A DNA stretch of 64,000 nt from Spirochaetia bacterium (GTDB taxonomy: Bacteria; Spirochaetota; Spirochaetia; UBA9216), in assembly GCA_963677925.2 (NCBI GenBank), contig CAXXYH010000003.1:608001-672000 (forward strand). The letters run 5' to 3'. The notes beneath the pieces are model-generated. The model searched no databases. It was not told where the DNA came from and saw only the letters and a program-made list of their open reading frames with translations. Positions 1-11,015 of the stretch are shown here, one piece after another. The stretch's first letter is position 1; each line of letters opens with the position of its first letter. A program made the position numbers and the translations under genes.

Positions 1-2
1 CG

Positions 3-848
3 CACATTGACGGCAAGCCGGATCAGGGTGTTGACTACAGCAAAGACTTTTTCGGAAAACGTTCTGCTTTAACCGTTAGCGGACAGCTTGAGGCTGAGAT
101 ATTCGCATTATCGCATTCAAACGTTTATACATTCGGACCTACATTCCGTGCAGAAAATTCCAATACATCAAGACACCTCGCCGAGTTCTGGATGATAGAA
201 CCCGAAATGGCCTTCTGCGATTTAAACTGCGATATGGACACAGCCGAGGCATTCATTAAATACATTCTTAACTACATACTCTCGGAATGTTCCGAAGATA
301 TGGAATTCTTTAATAAATGGGTAGAAAAAGGCGTGGCTGAATCACTGCGTAAGGTTGCCGAGTCCTCATTCACAAGAATTACATATACCGAAGCAATGAA
401 GCAGCTTGAGAAGGCTGATGCAAAATTTGAATTTCAGCCGCACTGGGGAGCCGATCTACAGTCCGAACATGAGAAATACCTTACGGAAAAAGTCTTTAAC
501 GGTCCGGTGATCGTAACTGACTATCCTAAGGAAATAAAAGCCTTCTACATGAAGATGAATGATGATAATAAGACCGTACGGGCAATGGATGTTCTAGTTC
601 CAAGACTGGGTGAGATTATCGGAGGAAGCCAGCGTGAAGATAACCTTGATAAGCTTGAAAGAAGAATAGATGAGCTTGGACTTGTCAAGGATGATTACTG
701 GTGGTATCTGGATCTGAGACGATTCGGCTCAGTGCCGCATTCCGGATTCGGACTCGGATTCGAAAGACTCATTCAGTACATGACCGGAATGCAGAATATC
801 AGGGATGTAATACCATTTCCGAGAACTGTAAATAACGCTGATTTTTAA
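3..848 (+). CDS. asnS: Asparagine--tRNA ligase (5' end outside window)
   Basis: Frame is open from the window edge: [10 protein letters not shown], motif 2 [24 protein letters not shown], motif 3 [21 protein letters not shown]. Confidence 0.97.
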   Translation, partial: HIDGKPDQGVDYSKDFFGKRSALTVSGQLEAEIFALSHSNVYTFGPTFRAENSNTSRHLAEFWMIEPEMAFCDLNCDMDTAEAFIKYILNYILSECSEDMEFFNKWVEKGVAESLRKVAESSFTRITYTEAMKQLEKADAKFEFQPHWGADLQSEHEKYLTEKVFNGPVIVTDYPKEIKAFYMKMNDDNKTVRAMDVLVPRLGEIIGGSQREDNLDKLERRIDELGLVKDDYWWYLDLRRFGSVPHSGFGLGFERLIQYMTGMQNIRDVIPFPRTVNNADF

Positions 849-868
849 CTTTCAAATTATGCCGGGAT

Positions 869-1327
869 TTATGTCCCGGCTTTTAGAAGCTTGGTCAGCT
901 CCCTGTCAAAGCAGTTTGCAAACTTCCCTACTTCCTTATTACTGAAACTGCTTTCTCTTTCCGGCATTATCCCCGCCTCACGAAAATCTTTCATCAGATC
1001 CCTTACAGAGAGCCGCTCACGGATATTCTCGGTTGTAAAAAGGTTACCCCTGTCATTTATTACAATAATATTCTGGTCTATAAGTCTTGCTGCGAGAGGA
1101 ATATCACGGGTAACTGCCAGATCCCCGGGAGTACAGTTTTCAACGATGTAATCATCGGCTACACCTTCCCCCTTATCCACTACAACCATCTCGATAAACT
1201 CGCTTTCAGGAAGCTTGAGTTTCACATTAGCTGCAAAGACAGTTTGAATTTCCTTCCGTACTGCAGCACGGCATATGATGTCTCTAATCTGCGGAGGGCA
1301 GGAATCTGCGTCTACAAATATCTTCAC
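869..1327 (-). CDS. YaiI/YqxD (DUF188) family protein
   Basis: IFVDADSCP, ADDYIV, DLAVTRDIPLAARL, F(A)NxFDR motifs. Confidence 0.9.
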   Translation of the reverse strand: MKIFVDADSCPPQIRDIICRAAVRKEIQTVFAANVKLKLPESEFIEMVVVDKGEGVADDYIVENCTPGDLAVTRDIPLAARLIDQNIIVINDRGNLFTTENIRERLSVRDLMKDFREAGIMPERESSFSNKEVGKFANCFDRELTKLLKAGT

Positions 1328-2577
1328 ACAGTTTCCTTTGCCGGAACCGATGCCCGATAAAACAATCCTTTTCCATTCAGATTAAGGCTTGTTCCATGCT
1401 CCGAGAAGGCAGTTTCACCGCGGGTTATCTGAATAGAACCTCCGGAACCATCTTTTATTTCCGCCTTTCCTTCAAGGCATATGAAAACAGAAGGCATTTC
1501 AGGTCCGTATGTGTGCCCGGAGATTTCATAGAAACCGTCAAGGTCTATTCTTGTCAGAATAAACTCAGGGGCTTCAGTTATATAGGCTGATTCATGCTCA
1601 TTGAGCTTAACAGGATGCAGTATTTCCGGACGTCCGGTGCTGAAAGTGAGTGTCGATATAAGCTCCTGAACATCAATATATTTAGGCGTGAGTCCGCCAC
1701 GCAGAACATTGTCTGAATTGGCCATAAGCTCCATTCCCAGTCCATGAAGATATGCATGCAGTTCGCCGGCCGGCAGATACATTGCCTCTCCTGGTTTAAG
1801 GACAACAACATTCAGGTACAGAGGGCTCACTATGCCGGTATCGCCGGGATACAATCCGGCAAAATCAAGAATCCATTTTGATTCAGGCAGCAAACCTGAC
1901 TCTGCAGCTTTCACGGCAAGCGAAAGCAGCCTTTCTCTTGCTTCATCTTTCAGGCTCATCAGTTCGGTGAAAAATATTTTTACTGCAGAGGCTGCGGCAT
2001 TATCTACTGATGCCGCACCTGAAACTGCGGGTGCTGCAGAGACTGTCTCAAGCATTGAAATAGAAGCTTCAAGCTCGGGTATCATTATCCTTCTGAAAGC
2101 AGCGGCTATTTCACCGGCAGGCCTGAACCCGCGCATGGCCGAGTACTCTGTAAGAGCACAGATGATTTCCGGTTTATGATTATCATCCTTATAGTTACGG
2201 TTAAATGCATCAAGCGGGATTCCGGCTTCATTTTCCCGCCGGAAACCGGCAGCTGCCTGCTTTAGATTCGGATGGGACTGGATTGAAAGAGGACTTCCGG
2301 CAGCAAGAACCTTGAAAAGAAAAGGAAGCCGCCGGCCGAACTGCTCCGAGATCCGCTTGCCGAGCACTCTATCTGAAGCAGAGCTTATGTAATCATCAAG
2401 TTTCTGCTGTATATTATCATCTTTTAAAATAACTGACGGAGCCTTCGGATGCGCACCCATCCAGAGCTCAGCCATCGGTTTGTTACCGGGATTTTCATAG
2501 CCTAAAAGCTCGGGAATGGCTGTTGAAGACCCCCATGCATAGGGCTGAATTGAATTTTTCATTTTATATACGGCCAT
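1324..2577 (-). CDS. manA: Mannose-6-phosphate isomerase, class I
   Basis: YAWGS, AELWMGAHP, LPFLFKVL, LSIQSHP, YKDDNHKPE, HAYLxG, ELMANSDNVLRGGLTPK. Confidence 0.96.
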   Translation of the reverse strand: MAVYKMKNSIQPYAWGSSTAIPELLGYENPGNKPMAELWMGAHPKAPSVILKDDNIQQKLDDYISSASDRVLGKRISEQFGRRLPFLFKVLAAGSPLSIQSHPNLKQAAAGFRRENEAGIPLDAFNRNYKDDNHKPEIICALTEYSAMRGFRPAGEIAAAFRRIMIPELEASISMLETVSAAPAVSGAASVDNAAASAVKIFFTELMSLKDEARERLLSLAVKAAESGLLPESKWILDFAGLYPGDTGIVSPLYLNVVVLKPGEAMYLPAGELHAYLHGLGMELMANSDNVLRGGLTPKYIDVQELISTLTFSTGRPEILHPVKLNEHESAYITEAPEFILTRIDLDGFYEISGHTYGPEMPSVFICLEGKAEIKDGSGGSIQITRGETAFSEHGTSLNLNGKGLFYRASVPAKETV

Positions 2578-2703
2578 GAGACTAGGCTATAATAAAACAG
2601 CACATTTTTCCACTATTTAATGCTTTTTCTTTCAAAAGCGGAATCTTGTTCCTTTCTGATATTTTTTGTATATTGCACTGTAAACTATAAAAGGAGTTAT
2701 TTT

Positions 2704-4359
2704 ATGAGTTATTCACCTCTTCAGAAGGAGCGTTATAACTATAAACCGCACCTTCCCGAGATTTTAAAAAAGAGTGTCGGATCTATAAACATCGAAAAGG
2801 GCGAACCTACACAGTCAGTTTCCGATCAGGATGAATTACAGAAACTTTTTAAATCAACCTATGGAATGCCGGTAGCTAAACTTGTTGAAGCCGCGAATGC
2901 TGATGCATCCAAAAAAATCAACGTCGGTGTTATCCTTTCCGGAGGTCAGGCCCCAGGCGGACATAATGTTATAGCCGGCCTGTTTGACGGAATCAAAGCC
3001 GGAAACAGTGAGTCAAAACTTTTCGGATTTCTCGGAGGCCCGTCCGGCCTTGTTGAAGATAAAAAATTAGAACTTACACCGGCAATTATCGATGAATACC
3101 GTAATACCGGCGGTTTCGATATCATCGGCTCTGGACGGACAAAGCTTGAAACTACAGAACAGTTCGATATAAGCCTTGAAGTATGCAGAAAGAATGATAT
3201 AACAGCCATTGTTATAATTGGCGGAGACGATTCAAACACTAATGCGGCAATGCTCGCAGAGTACTTTGCATCAAAGGATGCAGGGGTTCAGGTTATCGGC
3301 TGTCCAAAGACTATCGACGGCGATCTTAAAAATGAACATATTGAAACTTCTTTCGGTTTTGATACCGCTACAAAGACTTATGCTGAGCTTATCGGAAACA
3401 TCGAAAGAGACGCAAACTCAGCCAAGAAGTACTGGCATTTTATCAAACTGATGGGGCGTTCCGCTTCACATATAGCTCTTGAATGCGCACTTCAGACACA
3501 GCCCTCCTTCACCCTTATCTCGGAAGAGGTTGAGGAAAAGAAGATGAGCCTCAACCAGATAGTTGAAGACATCGCTGCTGTTGTTGTAAAACGTGCCGAG
3601 AATGGAGAAAACTTCGGTGTTGGTCTTATTCCCGAGGGACTGATTGAGTTTATTCCTGAAATCGGCGCACTCATAAGTGAACTAAACAACCTGCTTGCTG
3701 AAAAAGCCGATTACTATGATACACTCCACACGTTCGAAGATCAGGCTGAATGGATAAACAAAAATCTTTCAAAAGATTCTTCCTATGCCTTTTCTTCCCT
3801 GCCGTCAAACATTCAGAGACAGCTGCTTATGGACAGAGACCCGCACGGGAACGTTCAGGTTTCAAGAATTGAAACAGAACAGCTTCTTATCGAAATGGTA
3901 GAATCAAGACTCAAGGAACTTAAAAGTGAAGGCAAGTTCAAGGGCTCTTTCAGCCATCAGCACCACTTCTTCGGTTATGAAGGACGCTGTGCATTTCCGT
4001 CGAACTTCGATTCAGATTACTGCTACGCACTTGGATACACAGCCTTTGTACTTATAGCAAACGGCCTTACAGGATATATGTCATCTGTTAAGAATCTTTC
4101 CAAACCTGCAGCTGAATGGATTGCCGGAGGTATTCCTGTAACCATGATGATGAATCTTGAAAGACGGCATGGCAAGGATAAGCCTGTAATCAAGAAGGCT
4201 CTTGTGGAACTTGACGGTGCCCCTTTTAAGGAATTTGCATCCAAAAGAGACGAGTGGGCAGTGAAAACATCATTCAGATTCCCCGGTGCCATTCAGTACT
4301 ACGGACCCGATGAAGTATGCAACGCCCCTACTTTAACACTTACACTTGAACATAAATAA
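2704..4359 (+). CDS. pfp: Pyrophosphate-dependent phosphofructokinase (long clade)
   Basis: [34 protein letters not shown]; start moved to ATG 2704 behind an AGGAG RBS. Confidence 0.96.
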   Translation: MSYSPLQKERYNYKPHLPEILKKSVGSINIEKGEPTQSVSDQDELQKLFKSTYGMPVAKLVEAANADASKKINVGVILSGGQAPGGHNVIAGLFDGIKAGNSESKLFGFLGGPSGLVEDKKLELTPAIIDEYRNTGGFDIIGSGRTKLETTEQFDISLEVCRKNDITAIVIIGGDDSNTNAAMLAEYFASKDAGVQVIGCPKTIDGDLKNEHIETSFGFDTATKTYAELIGNIERDANSAKKYWHFIKLMGRSASHIALECALQTQPSFTLISEEVEEKKMSLNQIVEDIAAVVVKRAENGENFGVGLIPEGLIEFIPEIGALISELNNLLAEKADYYDTLHTFEDQAEWINKNLSKDSSYAFSSLPSNIQRQLLMDRDPHGNVQVSRIETEQLLIEMVESRLKELKSEGKFKGSFSHQHHFFGYEGRCAFPSNFDSDYCYALGYTAFVLIANGLTGYMSSVKNLSKPAAEWIAGGIPVTMMMNLERRHGKDKPVIKKALVELDGAPFKEFASKRDEWAVKTSFRFPGAIQYYGPDEVCNAPTLTLTLEHK

Positions 4360-4380
4360 TCTTTTTTATATTATTTACAC

Positions 4381-4415
4381 AAATGCCGTCCGGACATCTG
4401 GACGGCATTTTTTTT
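4381..4415 (+). terminator. Intrinsic terminator after pfp
   Basis: AAATGCCGTCC ... GGACGGCATTT stem followed by a T-run. Confidence 0.9.
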
Positions 4416-4453
4416 ACCAGGATTATTCAGCGGCTCTGATATAAGTTTCTGAA

Positions 4454-4513
4454 TCATGCAAATATCATAAGCAGGAAGAAAAGAATAAGCAAAGTTCTGT
4501 TTTTTCTGAACAT
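4454..4513 (-). other. 19-aa small ORF resembling a lipoprotein signal peptide (remnant or small peptide)
   Basis: AGGAG RBS 8 nt before ATG; MFRKNRTLLILFFLLMIFA-TGA. Confidence 0.45.
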
Positions 4514-4658
4514 TAAACCGGCTCCTGTTATATATTATTTTACTAACAATGATTTATATCGGTTTTTACGCTGTTACGAAAATACCACTTTATGGTTATA
4601 TGTAAATTTTCTTGAAAGACCGGTATATTTCGACATATACTGTCAGCAGGAGTCATAG

Positions 4659-5150
4659 ATGTCTGAAACGGAATACAAAAGACCCAGCTGGGATGAATAC
4701 TTCATGGAAGTCGCGAACGCCATATCAAAAAGAGCCACCTGTGATCGCGGGCGCAGCGGCTGTGTTATAGCCAAAGAAAAACAGCTTCTTGTTACAGGCT
4801 ATGTGGGTTCCCCAACGGGACTGCCGCACTGTGATGAAGTCGGACATCAGATGAAGAAAGTAGTGCATGAGGACGGAAGCGTTACCCAGCACTGTGTGCG
4901 AACGGTGCACGCAGAACAGAATGCAATATGCCAGGCGGCAAGACGCGGAATAGCGATAGACGGAGCAACCCTTTACTGCAGGATGACTCCATGCCGGACC
5001 TGTGCGATGCTGATTATTAACTGCGGAATATCACGCGTTGTCTGTGAAAAAAAATATCACGCCGGCGAGGAATCGGAACAGATGTTCCGGGAAGCCGGAG
5101 TTTCACTGGAGTACGTTGAAGATGAAGTACTCCAGTACGAGAATCAGTAG
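4659..5150 (+). CDS. dCMP deaminase family protein
   Basis: RPSWDEYFM, HAEQNAI, PCxxC zinc motifs. Confidence 0.93.
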   Translation: MSETEYKRPSWDEYFMEVANAISKRATCDRGRSGCVIAKEKQLLVTGYVGSPTGLPHCDEVGHQMKKVVHEDGSVTQHCVRTVHAEQNAICQAARRGIAIDGATLYCRMTPCRTCAMLIINCGISRVVCEKKYHAGEESEQMFREAGVSLEYVEDEVLQYENQ

Positions 5151-5154
5151 TCTG

Positions 5155-5463
5155 CTATTTCTTTTTTACTGGTACTGAAATCTGCCGGTTCTCGGGATTT
5201 ACAGCTGTTTTATAGAGTATTGCTGTGTTTCCAATTACCCGAATCAATTCTGCATGTGTAAGCTCTGCAAGCTTTACAGATATTTCTTTCCGGCCGCTTT
5301 TAAAATCAACAAACTTAATCTTTACAAGCTCATTTAATTCCAGCACCTGCTCAGCCTGTTTTACAACAGCTTCTGTCAGACCCTTGGCTCCTATCATGAC
5401 CAGCGGTTTAATATCATGTGCAAGTTTTGTCAGATAACTTCTCTGATAACCTTTAAGTTCCAA
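5155..5463 (-). CDS. yhbY: YhbY/CRM-domain RNA-binding protein
   Basis: QRSYLxxLAHxIKPLVxIGxxG, ELVKIKF, IGNTAILY. Confidence 0.9.
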   Translation of the reverse strand: MELKGYQRSYLTKLAHDIKPLVMIGAKGLTEAVVKQAEQVLELNELVKIKFVDFKSGRKEISVKLAELTHAELIRVIGNTAILYKTAVNPENRQISVPVKKK

Positions 5464-6624
5464 TTAATATCCCTCCAAAAATGGAATCACTACCCAGTTT
5501 GCCGGATCTGACATGTCGGAAGCAATCTGTCCCAGTGCAACATCAGCTGTAGTCTCAGCAACCAGATATGCCTTATCCTTATATCTCATCCTGGCTCCGG
5601 GCCCCGGTACATCAGCAGTACCCATTGCGTGGCTGTGTACTGCCGAAACCATGACGACGGAATCAATACCATAATGATTTAACAGGATTGTGTAAAGCAG
5701 TGCACGGCTGTCGCAGTCACCGTCTTCAAAAGCGGCGGCATACAATGGACTGAGCAGGTCTGATCCGCCGGTTCTTGAATAATTAAAGCCCTGCAGCCAG
5801 TCAAGAAGACGGACTGCTGTGTTATAAGAATCATTACTGTCCGAAAGCCGCTCCTCGATCAGCGCTGCAGGATAATCGAGTTTTGAGTAACAATCGCGGT
5901 AGATCATCCTGTAAAAACGCTTCCATGCTTCAACTCCAGCTTCATCCTGAGGACGGTAGTCTGCCAATATCCTCGCTTCACGTTCAATCAGAGTCTGTGA
6001 AGTTTCAACAGCATGCATATCAACCTGCCAGATTACGGATTCGCCTTCGAATACGGTTGCAGCTGTTTTACGATCTTTCTCCGTGTATGAAGAGAGGTAA
6101 TAAGTGCTGACCGGCCCCGGCAGCTGACGTCCTCCTGTATTCAGTGAGAATGAATCAAGCGCAGAAACTATATAGTCATTTAGTTTTGTACTCTGTTCGG
6201 GTGAGCAGAATGAAATAACCGCCAGATCATAATCCAGACCGTCCGCAAAAATTCCGTAACCTCTGTACTGAAAATTACCGGATGCAAAATTGATAATTGC
6301 AAATATTGCCTGGCGCCCGTAGTAGTCAAACAGCTCCCCCTCTCCGGAGGCCTGCAGTTTTTTTCCCACTTCATCAAACATGGTCTCGGCACTTTCGTAG
6401 GTATCTCCGGGATAAACCTTAATCTGAAGAAAGGCATCCCCTGTAAAATCATTGAAAGTATACCTTGTTTCAGATACATCCATGACGTCCCAGCCAATTG
6501 GAAGATCAACTACAAAGCCTAGCTCTTCCATGTATATTTCTTCTGCAGAAATAAAATGAAGCGAAACAAAGAAAAGCACTGCAGCTGATGCAGTAAAAAT
6601 TACTTTTTTAGATATCCCTGTCAT
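5464..6624 (-). CDS. Exported protein with C-terminal transglutaminase-like domain
   Basis: Signal peptide; GDCDSRALLY...HAM...ETT catalytic-type motifs. Confidence 0.6.
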   Translation of the reverse strand: MTGISKKVIFTASAAVLFFVSLHFISAEEIYMEELGFVVDLPIGWDVMDVSETRYTFNDFTGDAFLQIKVYPGDTYESAETMFDEVGKKLQASGEGELFDYYGRQAIFAIINFASGNFQYRGYGIFADGLDYDLAVISFCSPEQSTKLNDYIVSALDSFSLNTGGRQLPGPVSTYYLSSYTEKDRKTAATVFEGESVIWQVDMHAVETSQTLIEREARILADYRPQDEAGVEAWKRFYRMIYRDCYSKLDYPAALIEERLSDSNDSYNTAVRLLDWLQGFNYSRTGGSDLLSPLYAAAFEDGDCDSRALLYTILLNHYGIDSVVMVSAVHSHAMGTADVPGPGARMRYKDKAYLVAETTADVALGQIASDMSDPANWVVIPFLEGY

Positions 6625-8330
6625 TATTTTACTGTGAACCTTTTAATCTTTTTTGTTGAAGACATCTCCATAGCCTCATCAAGAACCGTAATTCTGGCTA
6701 TTCTTTTATAGGGAAGAAGTGTCCGGTTTACTTCTGCAATGATCTCATTAAAGCGGACTTTCATCTCTTCAGCAGTTTTGTCTTTTGAATAGGTTTCGGA
6801 TGGATAAATATAAGCTTCAATCCCTTCGGTTTTCATCTTTTCATCAAGAATGTATCCCTTTACCATTATCTGTTCAATTTCATCATAGAGCTGGAACTCG
6901 TCCTCTATCTCTTCCGGGTATACATTTTTTCCGCCCTCAGTGACAATCATGTTCTTCTTTCGGCCTGTTAGATAAACATATCTATCATCATCAATATAAC
7001 CAACGTCACCGGTGAGCAGCCATCCGTCTTCAGTAAAAGCGGCCTTTGTAGCTTCCTCATTTTTAAAATATCCCTTCATGATATTGGGACCGGAAGCAAT
7101 AAGTTCACCGTTACCGTCTTCATCGGGGTCAATAACTTTCATCTCGACAAGGGGAATAATTTTCCCTATTGAGCTTTCACGATAGGCATATATCGGATTG
7201 AGGGTCAGTCCAGGCGCAGCTTCGGTCAGACCATATCCGACAACAAAATCAATTCCGAACTGATTAAAATATTTAAATGTTGAATCAGGGAGAGGACCTC
7301 CTCCGCATATGCAGATACGGTTGGTATCAAGTGAAACTTTTGAAAGTATCCCCTTAAAAAGTTTCTTGCCTATATTCACATTAAAAAGTTTTTTTACAAG
7401 TCCGCTGAACCCCATCAGAACTCTGATCACCGCATATACGACAATACCCTTCTCCCGTATCCCGTTCATAAGACCTTTAATTATCTTGTTATACAGCATC
7501 GGGATGCCGAGAAACATTGTTACACGGGCTTTTTTAAGATCCTTAAAAATCTGCTGGACAACTATCTTTTTGGCAAAAACAAGTTCTGCGCCTACAGAGA
7601 TCGCTTCAATAAATACTGCAAGCATGGTATATGAGTGATGAATCGGCAGCAGGGCATAAAAAACATCCGTATGGTAGATATTCATATTACCCTGAAACAT
7701 AAAGCAGTCGGAAACGAAATTTTTATGAGTAAGCATTGCACCCTTGGGATCACCTGTTGTTCCCGATGTAAACAGGATAGCCGCAATATCATCTTCACCG
7801 GCTTTCTCATGCTCAATTTTTTCAGAAAAATTGATATCCAGCACATAATTGTCTTTTTTAGGCGAAAGTGAAATTTTGACGAGTTTTCCTGACGGCGTTT
7901 TAGGCGTCAAACTGTCATATTTTTCTTCATCTGCAAAAATTACATTCACGTCTGCAAATTCAAGCAGACCTGAAACTTCATCGGTCTTTAATGCATAGTC
8001 AACCGGAACTACAGCAGCTCCGGTGCTTAAAATCGCCAGATAGGAGATTGCCCACTCGGGCGAATTTTTACCTGTCAGTCCTACTCTATCACCTTTTTTA
8101 ACACCGAGACTAAGCAGATAGTTACAGATGGTATCCACTTTTTCGGCGGCCTGGCTGTAGGTAAATACCATCTCAGCTGGATCGTAACAGGTGAAACACC
8201 TGCGATCAGGATAGCGCTCTACTGAAACAGCAAAAAGTTCCGGCAGGGTCGGAAACTCTCCGGTATAAAGTTTACCTTTCCACGGCAGAAGATTTTCCCA
8301 GGGTCTGGGGTTATCTTTTGTTCTGGCCAT
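6624..8330 (-). CDS. Long-chain fatty acid--CoA ligase (AMP-binding)
   Basis: FTSGTTGDPKG, GYGLTEA, GWLLTGD, GRKKNMIV, NVYPEEIE. Confidence 0.92.
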   Translation of the reverse strand: MARTKDNPRPWENLLPWKGKLYTGEFPTLPELFAVSVERYPDRRCFTCYDPAEMVFTYSQAAEKVDTICNYLLSLGVKKGDRVGLTGKNSPEWAISYLAILSTGAAVVPVDYALKTDEVSGLLEFADVNVIFADEEKYDSLTPKTPSGKLVKISLSPKKDNYVLDINFSEKIEHEKAGEDDIAAILFTSGTTGDPKGAMLTHKNFVSDCFMFQGNMNIYHTDVFYALLPIHHSYTMLAVFIEAISVGAELVFAKKIVVQQIFKDLKKARVTMFLGIPMLYNKIIKGLMNGIREKGIVVYAVIRVLMGFSGLVKKLFNVNIGKKLFKGILSKVSLDTNRICICGGGPLPDSTFKYFNQFGIDFVVGYGLTEAAPGLTLNPIYAYRESSIGKIIPLVEMKVIDPDEDGNGELIASGPNIMKGYFKNEEATKAAFTEDGWLLTGDVGYIDDDRYVYLTGRKKNMIVTEGGKNVYPEEIEDEFQLYDEIEQIMVKGYILDEKMKTEGIEAYIYPSETYSKDKTAEEMKVRFNEIIAEVNRTLLPYKRIARITVLDEAMEMSSTKKIKRFTVK

Positions 8331-8413
8331 ACAACACCTCTCATTAAATCATTTTGAACAACATAGTATATCATTTATCAGAGGTTTTAAAAATTATTTC
8401 CCGAAGGATATTT

Positions 8414-9742
8414 TCATTCCATTACTGAAAATGCAAAATAATCCTGCAGCTTATTATCGGCTCTGCTGTGAATGAGCATTTTATTAAATCCGCCATTTTG
8501 AGCATAAGTATCAAGATCCTTAAGCATAATATCCGTGCCGGTAAAAATCCCCAGAAGAATTCCTTCAATATCATCCTGGGGAATATTAACTGTAAAGATT
8601 TCAGAGGTACTCATATCAGCTGTATTGATACTGAGAAAGACCGTCTGAGAGTCTCGGATATCTACCTGCATCCATCCGCCGTAAGGAGTATATTGAGCCC
8701 TTGTTTCAAGCTTCGAGGAACTTCCACCGCTGTAAAGATAATTCTCTGTCGAAGCAGCAAGACTGTTTGTTCCGCTATCATACTCAAGAACACTTCTGGT
8801 GTAGGAAAATTCTCCGGTATTTTTTTTATAATCGATAAGCCGAAGCCTGCCTTCAGCATCCGGACCGATAAGACTTGATTTGGTATCAGTATTAAGGTCA
8901 ATACGCCATATATTAGATACACTTCCGCTGTATTCGGCAGAAAGTATTACAAGCCCGTCTTCAGAGAGAACCGGAGCCTCCCGCCCGGTCTGCTCGGAAT
9001 CGGCGTATGTATCAGTGGTTTTTGTGCTGATATTAAAAACAGTGTAATCCGCTGTATCATCAGAATAGATATTCCGAAACAGGATATATCCGCTGCTTAA
9101 GTATAGCCAGTAGTCGAAGTTCGCTGAAGTATCTGCCTTCATTGATTCAATAATGATTACCGAAGTATCCTGTAAATCGGAAACAGACAAAGCCCGGAGC
9201 GTGCCGTCTGAAAGATAGTAGATAACTCCGTCTGCGTACCCCTGTATTTCATCCAGGTCAGCATCAACATCACTAATCAAAGCTGGCAGCCCTGAGCTGA
9301 ATAAAATTAATTTCAGTATGCGGCTGCCGTCATTGTCAATACATTCTGCAAGTAATTCATCATTTAAGGAATCTGCATATACTCCCTTATAGTGCGGCAT
9401 TTTTATATATGGATACAGACAGCTGCCGTTTTCATTGTTTATAACTATAGTTTCCCCATCCGGCAAATCGGCTGAATCGTAGCCGTCATAAAGATCCCAT
9501 TTAACAAACTCGACCCCGGCAGAGGAATTAGCAGCAAACTGATACTCCACTGCGCCGGCACCGGTAATATGATAGTATTCACCCGCTTCCACTGTATCTG
9601 TAATATCATTGCCATCCGCTGTAATTGTCCCGAATTCAGCTCTGCTTACCAGAAGAGTCTGCTCATAGTATGTATCTAAAATACACGTGAACATCAGCAA
9701 AGCAGAAATAATAGCTGCTGCAATTTTCACTTTTTTTATCAT
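8414..9742 (-). CDS. Hypothetical acidic lipoprotein, probable beta-propeller
   Basis: Start moved to ATG 9742 (GGAG RBS): MIKKVKIAAAIISALLMFTC signal/lipobox; beta-rich acidic sequence. Confidence 0.7.
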   Translation of the reverse strand: MIKKVKIAAAIISALLMFTCILDTYYEQTLLVSRAEFGTITADGNDITDTVEAGEYYHITGAGAVEYQFAANSSAGVEFVKWDLYDGYDSADLPDGETIVINNENGSCLYPYIKMPHYKGVYADSLNDELLAECIDNDGSRILKLILFSSGLPALISDVDADLDEIQGYADGVIYYLSDGTLRALSVSDLQDTSVIIIESMKADTSANFDYWLYLSSGYILFRNIYSDDTADYTVFNISTKTTDTYADSEQTGREAPVLSEDGLVILSAEYSGSVSNIWRIDLNTDTKSSLIGPDAEGRLRLIDYKKNTGEFSYTRSVLEYDSGTNSLAASTENYLYSGGSSSKLETRAQYTPYGGWMQVDIRDSQTVFLSINTADMSTSEIFTVNIPQDDIEGILLGIFTGTDIMLKDLDTYAQNGGFNKMLIHSRADNKLQDYFAFSVME

Positions 9743-9755
9743 CTCTTTCTCTCCG

Positions 9756-10928
9756 TCAATGCATTGCCTGAAATGCAGTAATCCCGGTTTGATCCTGAAT
9801 AACAAGCAGATCTCCATAAGCGATTGTATTCACTTCATATCCGGAATTAAAAAAAGAAGAATCCTTTCCCATAACATATCCGGTTGCTGCCTCAATAAAT
9901 AGAATTTCATTCGATGTAATCAGGTAATCAACACCGTTTATTTCTGCCGGCGGAATGCTTAAGTCGGAAACGTAATCACTGGACGAATATTCAAAGCTCC
10001 ATTTAACGTCCTTATAGTATGAATCTATCTTATATAATGTATTTCCGCTTACTGCATTCAGCCAGTAGTCATCTGATGTATTCGAGCAGATACCGTACTC
10101 ACTGCGGGTAAAAAGCTCATCAGAGCTTGCCATAAGCAGGTCCAGTGCATAGTTATCGTAAAAGGCTGAATAATTTATATACTTTATTTCTGAATCAAAA
10201 TTCACGGGTATGTAGCAGTCAAGCCACTTAACAGTCAGCGAAGCACTGTCGGTATTGGGAAAGGATATCAGACTGGTCTTTGCACCTTCAGATGGTTCTG
10301 CAGTGTATTCATTTGCAAGAATATAAACGGTACCGGCTATGACTGCAGGCTCGGAATAGTCAGCCATGCCATATTCAGTGTCAATAACAGTTTTAATTTC
10401 AGCAGTGTAAGATGAGCCGGAGAGAAGTTCAACCGATTCAAGATCCAGCCTTATCAGAGCCTCTTCAGTACCGCCGGTTTTCCAGTAGAGGAAGCCGCCA
10501 ACTTCCCTAAAATTATAATTGCAGTAACTGTACTGCTCATCAACTTCAATTCTGCCGGTAAAATTTCCGGAAAGATCGGTAATCACGATGTACCAGAGAT
10601 CCGAAACCGGCATTGAAAGATAAATGCTGCCGTCATAAACAGCCATTGCGCTGCAGTCTTCAAGCTTTAATGTATTAATAATTTCATAATCTTCAAGGTT
10701 AATTGCATAAAGACAGTTATCGTAGTTATTGTAAAAAAAGAGACAGTTATCCTGCTGAATAATCAGGTTTCCGTAGGATGCGGCATCAATTTCTATTTTC
10801 CATTTCTGCTCCAAAGGAAACTCCGGAGCATTATCAGCATTCAGCCATGGGAAGCCTGCGATTATACAGGACTGGAATATAGAAACAAATAATAGAATAA
10901 TCAGAAATGGAACCGTACTTTTTTTCAA
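9756..10928 (-). CDS. Hypothetical lipoprotein, PQQ-like beta-propeller
   Basis: IFQSC lipobox; LYAINLE, VKWSFE, FIEAATG propeller-like blades. Confidence 0.7.
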   Translation of the reverse strand: MKKSTVPFLIILLFVSIFQSCIIAGFPWLNADNAPEFPLEQKWKIEIDAASYGNLIIQQDNCLFFYNNYDNCLYAINLEDYEIINTLKLEDCSAMAVYDGSIYLSMPVSDLWYIVITDLSGNFTGRIEVDEQYSYCNYNFREVGGFLYWKTGGTEEALIRLDLESVELLSGSSYTAEIKTVIDTEYGMADYSEPAVIAGTVYILANEYTAEPSEGAKTSLISFPNTDSASLTVKWLDCYIPVNFDSEIKYINYSAFYDNYALDLLMASSDELFTRSEYGICSNTSDDYWLNAVSGNTLYKIDSYYKDVKWSFEYSSSDYVSDLSIPPAEINGVDYLITSNEILFIEAATGYVMGKDSSFFNSGYEVNTIAYGDLLVIQDQTGITAFQAMH

Positions 10929-11015
10929 TAATGTCTCCGGTCATAAATACTTTTTTATATTAAAAATATAGCATCACAACCGGAGATTTTCCATAAAAAT
11001 GGACTGACTGAAAAA

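Noticed and set aside
4454-4456. TGA as selenocysteine or readthrough at a lipobox
   Set aside because: A second in-frame TGA follows 9 codons later and I could not recognise a SECIS hairpin.
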